A stretch of 61,607 bases of DNA, the filler included, from Choristocarpus tenellus KU-1152 (taxonomy: Eukaryota; Protista; Phaeophyceae): assembly GCA_964200185.2 (NCBI GenBank). It is 8 parts of 8 records of this genome, joined end to end, with 100 filler letters (N's around TTAATTAATTAA, not from the genome) between each part and the next. Parts side by side here need not be neighbours in the genome. Positions count along the whole stretch, not along the records: positions 11,765 to 14,301 come from CAXNAD020026963.1; positions 14,402 to 18,772 come from CAXNAD020014863.1; positions 18,873 to 35,475 come from CAXNAD020000804.1; 5 more parts are not named here. The stretch is one strand, 5' to 3'. The notes under the pieces are model-generated. The model searched no databases and was not told the DNA's origin. It saw only the letters and a program-made list of their open reading frames with translations. A program made the position numbers and the translations under genes. Positions 12,003-24,804 of this stretch are shown here, piece after piece (within the stretch, counting starts at the first letter, position 1; each line of letters starts with the position of its first letter).

Positions 12003-14301
12003 GTTGTAACCTTGTCTGCACAGCCACCTTGCCCTCACAAGGCTTATCGATAAGTACCACAACAGCCTCGATCACATGGGGAGTTCCATCATCCAGCATG
12101 CGCATTGGCAGGTAAGAAAGTTTCATCTTGGCACGACCTACTCAACACATACTCGCTGAATACCAGTCACCAAGTAACTAACTGCACGGTCTTTAGTTTT
12201 GGTTTGTGTGTTGCAACCCGCATGTATGATGGCGGTGATGTAGAGCTTGCAATCTAGCCGTGGAGGAACATACCCTCTTCCTCCACGAAACGCGGCGAAA
12301 TGGGATGACATATCGGCCTCACGCCTATCCCTCCCTCGCTCCCAACCCCCCAAACTGGCCAGGTCGACAACTGCATCTCAGAGAACAAGAACAATTTCTT
12401 TCTCGGACATGCGGGGCTATTGGTCGCGGCGAGTGTCATTCGTGTGGTCGAGATACATTTTATGATGGTGGGGCACACGCACATCAAAATCGATCAGATC
12501 TTCTCCAGGTAATTAGGCAAGATTTACAAGTGCGATAGCCATATAGTGTTTTGATACGTTCAGATACTGCCTTGAGGCTTGCAGCTCACGCTTGTTGCAT
12601 CCATGGAAGGTTTATGGTCATACACTGTAATTGATCGATTAGCTTTTGATTTCCCCACAACAAAATTGAACGATAAGAGCAGCTGCCAAAACTGTTTCAT
12701 AACCTACTCTCGAAACAAAACAATAAAAAAATGTACGCATCACCCCTTTTCATATCTATACTTCCATATACATGCATCGGAGCATGTGCCTGCATATATA
12801 CATTGCTTGTCCACTTCGTTTCTTTCGCCCCCGCCTCGAAATCAACTTCCTTGCATTTCACCTTCAGGTTCTCACGTGATATAAAAGGGAAGAACATATT
12901 CACAAGAACACAGCTGGGTGAAGAGCTGCAGGCCTCTTACACCAAGGTTCCAGTCTACTGCAAGACCCTACGGGACGAGGGAAACTTCAAGGGACTCCTT
13001 CGCGGTCGCGTCAACCGTGTCCCCAATATCACGAACTACAGGACTTTTCGCGTGGAGAAAGGCAGTGATGGGCAGGTTAAGGTTAGTGTAAAGCAATACA
13101 TGCACAGCACCGAATGGAGTGGGATAGGCGGAGACCTTGCTATCGACCCAACACCCCTCTGCACGACCTCTTCATCGGCCACCCGCCTCGTATCCTAGAT
13201 GCACCACCCTACCAGCTCAAGAGCGTTCCCGAAGACGTCATCCTGAAGGTGGAGCGGCGGTACCAGGTGTCACACGAGTGCACTGCTGCTGCGTACCCAA
13301 TGGGTAAGTCGATTTTTTCGTGAGGGGTGTTGATGGCTAATTCTGGTATTCGGTGGCAGCCAAAAAATCTGGAGCAACTTCTGTACGAGGCAATATTTAC
13401 AGCCTTTACAAAAACAATCTTGAAAAATATTCCATTCTCATGTGTAGTGATCGTCGCATGTTACAACAAAAAGTACTATAGATTACCCCCGATAAATGTT
13501 TTGAGGGTACCGGTCTTGTACTCAACAGACACGATTCCGACGAAATATACATCCTCCCTCTCACTGCATGCTCCCCGAGCGCATTCGTGAAACCTCGCGC
13601 CTGAATACAAAGTAACGTTCATGCTTCCATACCGTTGATGTTCTCGTGCTCATGGATTCCACTTTCGCAGACGATGAAGCCGTTCAGAGAGTGAAACACG
13701 AGCAAAGTGAGTCTGTGCGGCTTCTCCAAAAGACAGGGGAACGAGAGTTCGACCTCCCAGTCCATTGGCTTCCCACCGATGACGATGGCGCTGGAACTGG
13801 TATCAGCGACGTCGAAGACACCGACTAGGGCGAACGTTCGGGTGGAGGAGATAATCTCGTCAGCGGTGACAATGATCTCGGCGGGCTCGAGGAAACACAC
13901 TCTTCCTCATCGGACAGTGACAAGGAAGAAGCTGGCTCCCGTCGATGGGGTTGTCCTCGTGCTACCTTGAGATCGGTCAACCATGGAAACCTCGTCTCCG
14001 TGTAGGAAGGCAGGTTTGCCTTTTTTGTGGCAACGTAGGCGCCGCTCTTGGTCGGCAAGATCCTAGCGGAGCGCGTTGGCAAGGACGGGGAGCGTGGGGT
14101 GGATATTCACTGGCTTCGGCCGACCAGTGACCACACACGTGATAACGCCGCGTTTATGACCCTTGAGAAGTACGGGAAAAGTAGTTTTGTAGAAGGCTGG
14201 GTGCACGCTGGTGATAGATCCGGGCCAACTGGGAAACAGAAGCGGGTTAAAGACGTAAGCTGGGAGACCGTGGCTGGCATTGTTTGGACTTGCGAGAAAC
14301 T
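12003..14301 (+). mobile_element. Intron-containing Sola1-like / DUF7869-type transposase pseudogene
   Basis: Exons about 12003-12111, 12363-12508, 12868-13303 and 13671-gap. They splice to ...HAHWQ|VDNCISENKNNFFLG...IHFMMVGHTHIKIDQIFSR|FSRDIKG... (DNC..ENKN and GHTH..IDQ.F motifs). Frameshifts near 12025 and 13148; in-frame TAG at 13826, 14003 and 14036. Confidence 0.8.
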
Positions 14302-14401
14302 NNNNNNNNNNNNNNNNNNNNNNNNNNNNNNNNNNNNNNNNNNNNTTAATTAATTAANNNNNNNNNNNNNNNNNNNNNNNNNNNNNNNNNNNNNNNNNNN
14401 N

Positions 14402-14610
14402 GCACGACGGTGCGGGTGGGGGGGAGGGGGGGGGGGGGGGGGGGGCGACTGTCCATTCGGGGCCCAATTTTCCATGTCACGATTTTAGGGTGATTTGGTT
14501 GCATGCTTCGGATGGATAATGTAAGTGCACTTTTCCTGGTCAGGGCCTAAGTGCACACCCTGATGTACGCCCCCTCCCTCCCCCCCCCCCCCCCCCAAAT
14601 ACTTTGAACC
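14402..14610. mobile_element. MITE family A (left end in gap)
   Basis: Family A core; ends (C)nAAATACTTTGAACC. Confidence 0.75.
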
Positions 14611-14824
14611 AATAAGACATCGTGACGTCATGAGATGATTAGAAGGCTGGATGTTGATAATAGGATGTCTACTTCGGGGTCTAATCCTTCTCCTTCAAAC
14701 AGAAGTTTTATATCTACCTGCAACAAACGTTTCGGAATCGGCATTGGGTGAACACGAAAGCATGTCAGAGACGTTCAGTAGCCTTTGACTCTGTTCAAAT
14801 GGTTTTCAAATGGAATAAATATGT

Positions 14825-15003
14825 GACTTAAAGTATCTGGGGGGGCGGGGGGGCGGTTGTCCATTCGGGGTCAATTTTTTCATGCCTCGATTCTTTGGTG
14901 ATTTGGTTGCATACGTCTGGTGGATAATGAAGATGCATTTGTCGTGATTTTGACCCAAATGGACACCCTGGTGTAGACCCCCCCCCCCAAGATACTTTGG
15001 GTT
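14825..15003. mobile_element. MITE family A
   Basis: GACTTAAAGTATCTGGG ... CCCAAGATACTTTGGGTT. Confidence 0.85.
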
Positions 15004-15324
15004 ACGTATCTCTGGAGGGTAGGAGGGATGGGTATCTTCTTTTCCGAATGGTGTTAAGCTACTACTCGTCCAGTTTTGAAATCTGTACACACACAGCCAC
15101 ACCCATACACATGGCAGCAAATCTTCCATCACTACATTTTTCACGCAACACCTCTCTCAGGATGTACAATACAGAGACCCCATCATTTTGGGGCGGATGG
15201 AGCACACCCTTCTCAGACTGGGGTTATTTGGATCGGACTTTATTGAAGGCGTTCCTGGTATGATGCGAAGGATTCACTGTGTATTGTCAGAAATACTGTT
15301 GTCTATGACTCACTCTCGGGGAGT

Positions 15325-17048
15325 TCTGTGCAATATAGGCTAGGTGGTGTTATGTCCTCAGTGACCAGTACCATACAATAGGAGTATTGACTGAGTGAAG
15401 GAAGTGTCAAGGACTTGTGTCTGTGTGATTAGAGTAAGAGGTTCGAGTCTCGATGGACATATTTTATTTCTGCTTGATGTAAGAAAGTAACTGACGTAAG
15501 ATGGCTGGCGTATTGGAATGTGTGACGTAGTGCGACTGACACAGACATTTCTTGACATGTTTGCTTACGTGCGCAATAGGCAATAATATAAGGGAGAACA
15601 CCCCCCACCGAGGGCCTTGCTCACTCCGCTAATAAATACATCCATACAACATAATGAAAAGACTATTGGAATAGCTCTCTTTTGCGTAAGTTCTCACCCA
15701 AATATATACAAGGAATAGTGGATGTGCCGCACGATGCAGTGACCTGATCCATACCAACAGAATACATCCATCCAAAAATAAAACGCTAGACTTTGAAAGT
15801 TCCTCGTCCTTACCTGTTTCATCAAATTGATGCGTAGGAAACGCGAACACTCTGCTTCAACATCCACCCCCAGAAAAATATAAAAAACTACGGACAAGGC
15901 TTTGTTACTCCACTGGCATGACTGTAAACAAGTTCAACCGAAATGACGGTAAATTCTTGTTGAGAAAAAGGCATGTCGGTTTATTAAACTTTACACATTT
16001 TTTCCCAAACTGCGATGTAGCTGTTGGTACCTTACCGATATGGACTTATCCCATGGGCAGGTGAAACGTTCAAACAAGAGTTTTTGGATCCATCCAAACC
16101 ATGAGTGAAAATTACGAAAAATATAAAAAATAATGCTGCTCATCATGTCACCCTGGGTACCTTGCGGAAATTGCACCGGTGAAATGGTAAAACAACTTTT
16201 TCGGGCCATCTCTAGCGCCATTGGGATATGGGGAAGGTGAAACGGTCCAACAGCAGTTCAGCATCCATCCCAGCGATGACCAAGTGATGCTTGTACAAAA
16301 TACTTGAGAAAGTTGACTTTCAATTCACTTTTTGTATCTCATCATTAAGGAGAAGTTGAAAAGGTCAAAATCGGTTTTGGATCCACCAAAGCAACGTGGA
16401 ACCGATACTTCGAAATCCTGCCACTCAAGTTATCGTTAGTAACTTATGGATCTGTGAAGGTAAAACGTTGAAACAACATTCTTGAGTTAGTCCAAGCGAT
16501 ATGCAACTGATATTTACGAAAAGTACTTCAAAATGTTGCTGCTCAAGTAACCAGAAAATATTATCCAACATTTTGGGTGTAGATGAAGTAGAGTTCAACA
16601 CATCACAACAAAACACTAATAATACCATACAAACTCACCATTCTAGTGTGTGGAGGGTATGTTAGGTATGTATCTTACAAACAACAACACCAAAGAAAAT
16701 CGTTTCGCCTCCTGACAAGGATTAGAAAACACCACATTTCACGTAACAAGTGTTAACATCCTACGTTAAGGCTTGCCAAGAAAGGCCAGAAGAAAAGGGA
16801 CCCAACACCACTTAAGACCTCGTGCAATGATGAGTATTAGTAGGTATTGCTACACACAGACCATTGGATACTGTGCAATATAGGCTAGGTAGTCTATAGG
16901 GTCCTATGTGTTTAGTGACCAGTACTATACAAAAGAAGTATTGACTGAGTGAAGTACCCCCCACCTTGAGGGTAGTGCTCACTCCGCCACTAAATACATC
17001 CATACCACACAATGCAAAGACTCCATTAGAATAGCTCTCTTTTGCATA
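15325..17048 (+). repeat. Diverged direct repeat pair (15325-15690 and 16870-17048)
   Basis: Shared CTGTGCAATATAGGCTAGGT, AGTATTGACTGAGTGAAG, TGCTCACTCCGC, TAAATACATCCATAC and GAATAGCTCTCTTTTGC; the first copy has about 200 bp extra. Confidence 0.75.
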
Positions 17049-17443
17049 GAGACTCGCAACAGTGATCACACACACCCTCGTTCCAATTGTACCTCTCATC
17101 AACCCTGTGCCGAACAAAGCATGAGGGTATCATTGGTGCAAAAAGTAATATTCTAACCCTAACCCTGCCCGACGGTGCCTCCATTAAAAAAAATTACAAA
17201 ATTACAAAATTAGAAAATTAGAATTGCCTGCTGGCCTCTTTCAAGGTCAAACTTTGACGCAGACCCCGCAGTCACGAAAACACGTCATGCATTGTCTGCT
17301 CGAAAGCAACCATACCCAGCAGGTCCGTCAATCTTGCCTGGGGTTGCTATTACTTGCCTGTCTAAAACAAAAAAGGAACGTTCTCTCAACAGACTGACAA
17401 TTCCATTGTTGCTCCACTCTGCAGAATCAGTGCTAAGATAAAA

Positions 17444-17535
17444 GAGTGAAAGTATCTTAAAGGGTATGAGTTTTGCCTTGTTTGTTCATTTGGGACTTGG
17501 CTTCCCATGGGGTTCTTTTGTGATATTTTCCTACA
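17444..17535. mobile_element. MITE family B, partial
   Basis: GAGTGAAAGTATCTTAAAGGGTA... one end only. Confidence 0.7.
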
Positions 17536-19096
17536 AAAACAAACAAACAATCAAACCCAATCACACCACAGAACATTCCGTTGCCAACCTGTCGTCTGTC
17601 CATGGATAACAGTGAAGAAACTTAGTAAGGATTGAGGGAAGGGGGGCTCTGTGGCGTAGACCAGCGGACACCCACAAGGTACTCTGGGGAGTGTGCCTTG
17701 TGAGGTATTTTGACACAAAGGTACCCATTGAGAATTGTTGACAGAATCAGGGTATACCCCTACATTCCAGACAAAAAAAATGGGGGTACGGATGCTCTGC
17801 ACATTGCTCAATATCACATTAAAACTCCTGAGGTCCTTCCATACAAATATTGCTCAATGTCCTTCAATATCAATCAATCCCCCTTCGACTCGTCCTTACC
17901 CCCCTTGGACCAGAAAACGGGGGGAGCTGGGTGGGTGGGGTATAAAAGGGTATACTCCCTTTTGTGTGCTAGTCAAGATACTTTGAAGTAATTAAAGTGG
18001 ATTGAAAAAATCATAACATACAATTGCGTTGTCGCAAAAACTGTTCTACAATAAAAAACAAAAATATACCGAAACACCCACCCCCCCCCCCACCACCCAC
18101 ACATCCCAATCAACCACCAACCCCCCACACTACAACCTGATAATANNNNNNNNAAAAAAAAAAAAAAAAACACCCCAACCCCCCCCCCCCCCCCCCACAA
18201 TTGTGATCTCACTAACACGCCCCCACACATACACGTATCTATATATGTATATATACCAACTAGTAAGTGTATTCATGTTACTCTGTGGACAGTTCTTCAG
18301 TGAACTCCACAAACAAAACAGCACACCCTTCACGTAACCCTAGATTAAAGGCACACTATGCTCACTCATAGACTTCACACTCGACACAAACACAACAAGA
18401 ACAATTCTCAGCAAAAAGATTCCTCCCCCCCCCCACCCCCCCCCTCCCCTCTCCCACTCCCAACCCTCCCCCAAGAACTTTCTAAGAATCCTCTCATCCC
18501 TCTCCATTCCTCAACCAAACCATGCCCCAAATTCGTACCATATGGTAAAGCAAATGCAAGCGGCTATTACTGATGCCAAAACGCAATTATCCCTCAACTT
18601 CCTCTTTTGTATTGATTCTACAACACGATTAATCGATGGAAATCGACTCTGTGAATATTTCGCAGCAGTTTACAAAAAACAAACAGCGGGGGGGGGGGGG
18701 GGGGGGGGGGAAAAAAAAAAAAAAAATCCCAAGGCAGGAAACACCAAATACCTAAAAAAAAAACCTGGAAGGNNNNNNNNNNNNNNNNNNNNNNNNNNNN
18801 NNNNNNNNNNNNNNNNTTAATTAATTAANNNNNNNNNNNNNNNNNNNNNNNNNNNNNNNNNNNNNNNNNNNNGTAGGCACACTCCACATGATGACCCCCC
18901 CCACACTCACAAAGTTCGGCCTCTGTTTGCCACTGGCGACAACCCCAACACGTACACCCCTTGCCCACATATGCAACAAACACTCAATACGTACAGTTCG
19001 AACTTATATCAAATCCGTCACTCCCTTCACACGGACATGACGCGCAGCCTCAAGATAACACAGACGCTCTTATGAAATGACTGCACAGATAGTCTA

Positions 19097-19970
19097 TACA
19101 CACTTACAACTATCGCCGCCTATTTTGTACAAGTCCTCCAATCGGTAAACTCGCGCAAAACTCCAAGTTCTTGTTTTCTTTCCAGTGTCAACGTCGACCA
19201 TATACCCATCGCTTGTTGCAGGAATATATACCACATACACTACATGCATGATTCTCACTGACCTTTGGACCTGGTCCCTGCTTGCCACTCACATCAGTCT
19301 GCACCCTCCCGCCCCTTAATAACCCATACACTAAACACACAATAGATATCGTTGACCCATTATGTCACATCCATACCTTCCCTCACGTCGACACCATGAA
19401 TCACATGATAATCGCACATACGCATTCATTAATCGACCGCACACCGTCTGTGCACACTTGCAACCATCGCCCTCGATTTAGAATTAGTCTGCCAATCGGT
19501 AAACTAACCCAAACTCCAAGCTATTGTTTTCTTTCACGTAACAACATCGGCCATGTACCCATCGCTTGCTGCAGGAATAGATACCACATGTACCACGTGT
19601 ATGATTTTTCCCACTCACAATAATTAATCCCTGTTTGCAACTCGCGACAGTCTACACGCTCCAGCCCCTTGCTAACCCATGTATTCCACCAAGGCAATAG
19701 ATTCCGTCGACCCATCATATCACATCCGTTCCTTCCCTTCATGCCGACACCACGAATCATATGATGATCGCACATATGCCCTTCTTAATCGACCACACAA
19801 AGTCCGTGCACACTTGCAACCATCGCCCTCTATTTTTCAGAAGTCTACCAATCGGGCAAACTAACACAAAAGTCAGTCCAAGTTTTGGGTTTCATCACAC
19901 ATTGCCATCCGTCATTACCAAACACTCGTTACAGCAATAGGTAGCACATATCACTCCAAACAAAATGCCA
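19097..19970. repeat. About 356-bp tandem repeat x2.5
   Basis: CACACTTRCAACYATCGCC...CCAATCGG.AAACT recurs near 19097, 19453 and 19810. Confidence 0.85.
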
Positions 19971-20109
19971 TCACTTCGAATCGGTCACAGCACACTGCCT
20001 CAGTGCCGACACTGACTCCCACACGCGCCACCTCTCCCCTTATACGCATAGTCACCACAGCCCTTAGCATTGGACGGACAGGGACGGCAGACAGCACAGT
20101 AACACGTAT

Positions 20110-22070
20110 ACGAAGCTTCTATACATCGACACGTTCTGCACAAAGGAGATAGTCCACCTTCCGTCTTACAAGATCGACCGTGTGGGATGACACGACCCAC
20201 GTGTCCCAACCCTCAGTGGAATAATGTCTTTGCACCGGTTCTTCACTGGTCGGCTCACCAAAGGAGACTCCCGTACATTGATATACACCGAACTGTCGTG
20301 CTACTGCACAAACTGTTCCATCGACAACCTGGCCCAATGCAGGTAGCAACTAACCCACATGCCCCCGCTTAAGGAGACAGACCTCAGATTTTCCACGGAA
20401 GCAGGAACCGGTGATATGTATCTGAGAAGTCAGCTGTCGAGGAAGAAGAGACAGCTCGCCGAGGGGAACAGATGCATTGTGCGGACGCAGCCATCGAAGT
20501 ACAATGGTATAGAGTTCTTGCCGTTCACTGTCCACTGCAAGGACATGATGCAATAGAACGCCAGACACCACTCCAGCTACAGAGGGATGTTCTGTGCTAG
20601 AGATGAGGTCGTCTTTGTCACTGAAGACTTCGAGGTGCTGAGTGCTAGCTTCGTTAATGGAGTGCCAACTATTCACATGTCACGGACAGACAAGGTGAGT
20701 AATGCTTCTTATTGCTTCTAAGAGAACAATGCCCCACACGAATGAATCCACGCTTTAAATATATACAGATGTCACATATCCCCTTTTATCCCCTCTAACC
20801 AAAATAGATACCTCACATAACGTTCAATCCAGACATCCAAATCAGCGTCATTTTGTTCTCCCAATCTGCAATCGCCACTGACACCTTCACATAATATTTT
20901 ACAACTTACGTAGGGCAAATAAGTGCATCACATTTGTTCATTCCGCTGTCTAAGTGTATCCTCTAGAAACACAAAACTATCTGTTTCTGAAAAAAATCAA
21001 CAAACAACAACCCTATACAGTCAAACAAGGCCATCAAGTGCAAAGACTTTCAATGTCCTACACACCAACACAGCCCCTGCAACGAACATGTTTGTGGCGA
21101 TGCAGGACGCAAAACCGGGTCCCCGCGTCGTGCCCGTTCAGGCTATCATCATCCCAGACTTCACAGACATCGATCACAACCACCTGGACAACACATTCAC
21201 GATCCTGCCTGGTCAATACCAGAGGTTCACCTTAGAATCCAACCGGTAATCCCTTGGTGGGATACCTGCTCCCTTCTCTAGGCAACTCAGACTTGGGGAC
21301 ACATCCGACGTCAGGTTCGGTCGAGGAACCAGCTTCATCCTACGCGCGAGTGGGGGGGCCATCGTACAGGGGAAGGTCAGCCATGTTCACGTAGATGGTT
21401 CAGGGGCGTACATGTACTCAGTGTCCTACCTCCCGGACGATGGCGAAAATTATTTACCCGCTCAACTGGGGTCGTACATGACAGAGGACGAGATCGAGGA
21501 TGGTGTCAACCAACTTCGAGAGAAGAACAAGAGGGACAGTGATGAGGCTGCAGTCCTGTGTGTCAGACAACGCAGTCGGTCGATTGTTGACTGCCAGCGG
21601 AAGCGTAGGGACATGGACAAGGATATATAGAAATATATACTCCTTGAACCGACACTGAGTTATGTGTCGGATCTATATGACAGAGAAACACTCAATGCCA
21701 GAGCCAAGAGCAGGGGACTATACTTCAGATGAGACGATCAGCGGATGCGAGGGGCTGTGACCAAGTACCAGCCCCACTATACAGTGAAAGTTAGAGAGGA
21801 GCGAGTCAGCTACCCCTACGAGGTCAATGGGAGAATGGCGACTTGCGAAATTTCCAGCTTCTTGTCCAACACTACAGTATTGACCAAGACGCTCCTACAC
21901 AGGCCTGGTTCTCGACAAGTCCAACTCTGCCACCATACTGACGACAGACACGGCTTTGAGGAGCAACATAGGCCAATTTCTGTTCGTAAGTCACCCTCTA
22001 CTTCGCCAGTCCGACACATGCCTCGGCAGACATATTATGATGGAGAGATCGAACGTTCCCTAAGTCAACG
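20110..22070 (+). mobile_element. Sola2-like transposase 3' pseudogene with C-terminal extension
   Basis: The frame reads VPTLSGIMSLHRFF...TELSCYCTNCSIDNLAQC, the G...H...LSC.C..C...C pattern of Sola2-type C-termini. Donor after 20694, acceptor before 21106, phase 0. One reading frame is kept through stops at 20188, 20344, 20554, 21247, 21628 and 21730. Confidence 0.55.
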
Positions 22071-22535
22071 GACGTATGCATTATTTGGTACATTGAATTT
22101 ATTATCTTCCCAAAGAGTTTGTGTTTATGTGTCCTCATACGTATGTTTTTATTGGCCCGGTGGTAACCTAGATTTCATCTCCATTAATACGTTCTGCCAC
22201 CATCCTCTAATACTTTTACTGCCATGCCCCAATCCTTTTCCTCCCCTGGTTGCGTTGATCGGACCACGGAGCAATTGGCAGAAACCTTACCAGAAATACA
22301 TTGACGCACAAGCATCTCGTACTCCACACCACCATCTTCAGCACAAGCCGAGATTTCCACAACAGATGACCTCTCTTCCACCCCCAAACCAAGCGGTGGC
22401 AACCACTCAGGCTCCAAGCTTTGAACCCAACGGCAACTTCCCTGAGCAATAATAACATAGTCTACACCCACTCAAGCGCCAAGCGTAGATCCTAAATGTA
22501 TTTTAGCCAAAATACATCATACGAGGACCGTAGCT

Positions 22536-22636
22536 GGGTCAAAGTATCTTGGGGGGTGGTAGGTTGTGATGGGGAGTCCGAACCAAAACGGACACCCCCT
22601 CACAAACTATCCCCCCCCCCCCAGATACTTTGATCC
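22536..22636. mobile_element. MITE family D, minimal fold-back (two TIRs, 8-nt spacer)
   Basis: GGGTCAAAGTATCT...GTCCG-aaccaaaa-CGGAC...AGATACTTTGATCC. Confidence 0.8.
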
Positions 22637-22722
22637 TGATAGGAGCGAAACGTCACAGAGTGGACCTGGTGAAGTGTCCATGTCATACAACAACCATATT
22701 TGCAGAACCCCATCCATGTACT

Positions 22723-22899
22723 GACCCAAAGTATCTGGGGGGGAGGGGGGTCTACACCAGAGTGTCCATTTGTACCAAAACCAGGAAAAGTGCACTTTCA
22801 TTATCCATCCAAGGTATGGAACCAAATTACCCAAGAATCGCGACATGAAAAAATTGGTTCCAAAAGGACCGCCGCCACCCCCCTCAGATACTTTGAGCC
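22723..22899. mobile_element. MITE family A with ACT target duplication
   Basis: act|GACCCAAAGTATCT ... AGATACTTTGAGCC|act. Confidence 0.9.
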
Positions 22900-24029
22900 A
22901 CTCCATCCTTGAGCATTAGAATATATAGCTCAAGTGATACACCTGTGATATCCAAGCTTTATTATCCCTTCAGCTGATCTTGTCGGTGGTATCATGATAG
23001 TGCCTCCAAGGTAAAACAGACCTATCAGCTTTGCTTGTAGTGCTGGCTAAACGTCCTATGTCTGCAGCCTTGTTGGGAGGTGTCGAAGGCACACAGCACT
23101 TGACAATGTACTCCTAGAGTAGTATGTGTTCTACTGAAGTAGTACGTTTGTGTTTGAGGCAGTGTTGTTACAAGGTGGCAATATCCCTCAAACTATAAAA
23201 GGAGTAAGATGAGAGTAATGCGTAGGTCCCTCCAGCAGCGGCGAGTCTGCTTTTGGCATACCCACGTGTACAATGGAAATATGAGAGGTGTGAGAATTAT
23301 GTGGTGCCATCATTGTAGCCTTCGCTTGTGAGGAAGAAAGTCAATGACAATGGTGTCGAAGTTGTAAGGTGCATACTCTTTTGTTCCATGACACACACGT
23401 GTGAAGTTGGAAATCTTGCAGCTGACAATATTGAGATGCTGCAGCCCTTTCTCCGCTCTGTACGTTTCTGTGTGGCGGCTCTATGTTGCACGTGGTGGGC
23501 TTGCAACTTGGACGTACCCAGCATACAACTACAGCGCAAAAAACGTGACACGTATAACGTTGTATAAACCAAGTACAACAACAAAGTTGCGGGAAAAAAT
23601 CTGACGACTCCATACTTAGAATACCCTAAACAAGAGATAGTAATCCAGATAAACCAGACCGAAGATGACGTACAGGGAATGTTAGGCTGAAAAAATAGTG
23701 TGGAGAGGAGGGTAGAGAGCGCAGATGGGTTGAGTGGAAGGGGGTGCGGTGGCGCGTAATCACAACAGTTAGTATCCATATTGTAACACATGAAGTATGA
23801 GGTACATGACAGGAAAACGCGAGATACAGACAGATAAGAGCAGATAACGGTAATGAGCTAGAGTCAGATAGAATCGAACAAATTTGTGAGACTTGGTTTA
23901 TGTTGGAAGTACACGATACGACTATTATGCTACCACATCGTACGTAGTATATTTATATTATTCTATGAATTGATAATGTTAAATACCTAGAATAGTATGT
24001 ATTACACGTATGTAGCAACTTTATTTACC

Positions 24030-24278
24030 TTGATTGAGAGGTAGGGAGGTTTGGACCCTTTCTCATTGAAGTCATCTTTCTTACCATGTGCCATACACCC
24101 TATTTCCTTGCTTTATAAAACCATAGTGTATGCAAAATTGATATTCCTCCACTCCATACATACACAAAGTGACACCACAATTCAGCACTCTTTCTAGAAT
24201 TGTACAAAATGACGCTTTATTTCCGTTTCTCAGGATCCTTAAAATGCAACCTTGCCTACCCCTCAGTTGCTTCAGCTC
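24030..24278. mobile_element. MITE family C
   Basis: TTGAGAGGTAGGGAGGTTTGGACC ... CCCCTCAGTTGCTTCAGCTC. Confidence 0.75.
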
Positions 24279-24553
24279 TTTATTTCTTCGGGGAAATTAT
24301 AGCTCCATCCCTCTCCTTTCCTGTCAGTTTGATTATTAAATTGGTACATCACTCTTGCATGCTGATATAGAATGAGAGTGTCCAAACTCTCTCCCACTTT
24401 GCAAAGGAATTATTTGTTATCTCACAGTAGGAAGATGATGCAAACGGTACTGGCACATCCTCTTCTGTCTTGGGTAGATGGAAAAAACTGACAAGCGAGT
24501 CCCAACAAAAAGATGTATAATGATAATAATTACCACTAGGAGCCTTAAACAAA

Positions 24554-24804
24554 GAGCCAAACCAATTGAGCGGTGGGCAGGATTGGACTCTTTCACATTC
24601 TAAGCCATCTTTCTTACTCTCTCCAATGCGCCCTATTTCATTGCTATATGTACACAATATTTGTGTAAGCAAAATTGAGATTCCCCTTTCCGCACACAAA
24701 GTGACACCCCAATTCATCAAAACCTCTTTCTGCAATCACACAAAAAGGCTTCTTTTCCATTTCTTGGGATGCTTAGAATGCTACCTTACTTATTGGTTTA
24801 ACTC
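24554..24804. mobile_element. MITE family C
   Basis: GAGCCAAACCAATTGAG ... ATTGGTTTAACTC. Confidence 0.75.

Noticed and set aside
8090-17166. Interstitial telomere sites (TTAGGG/CCCTAA x2-3 near 8090, 8902 and 17152)
   Set aside because: Too short to distinguish from microsatellite noise.
13671-21732. Stop-codon reassignment suggested by repeated in-frame TAG in long frames
   Set aside because: TGA and TAA stops and frameshifts also occur in these relics, and the intact host exons contain no in-frame stops; ordinary decay explains it.
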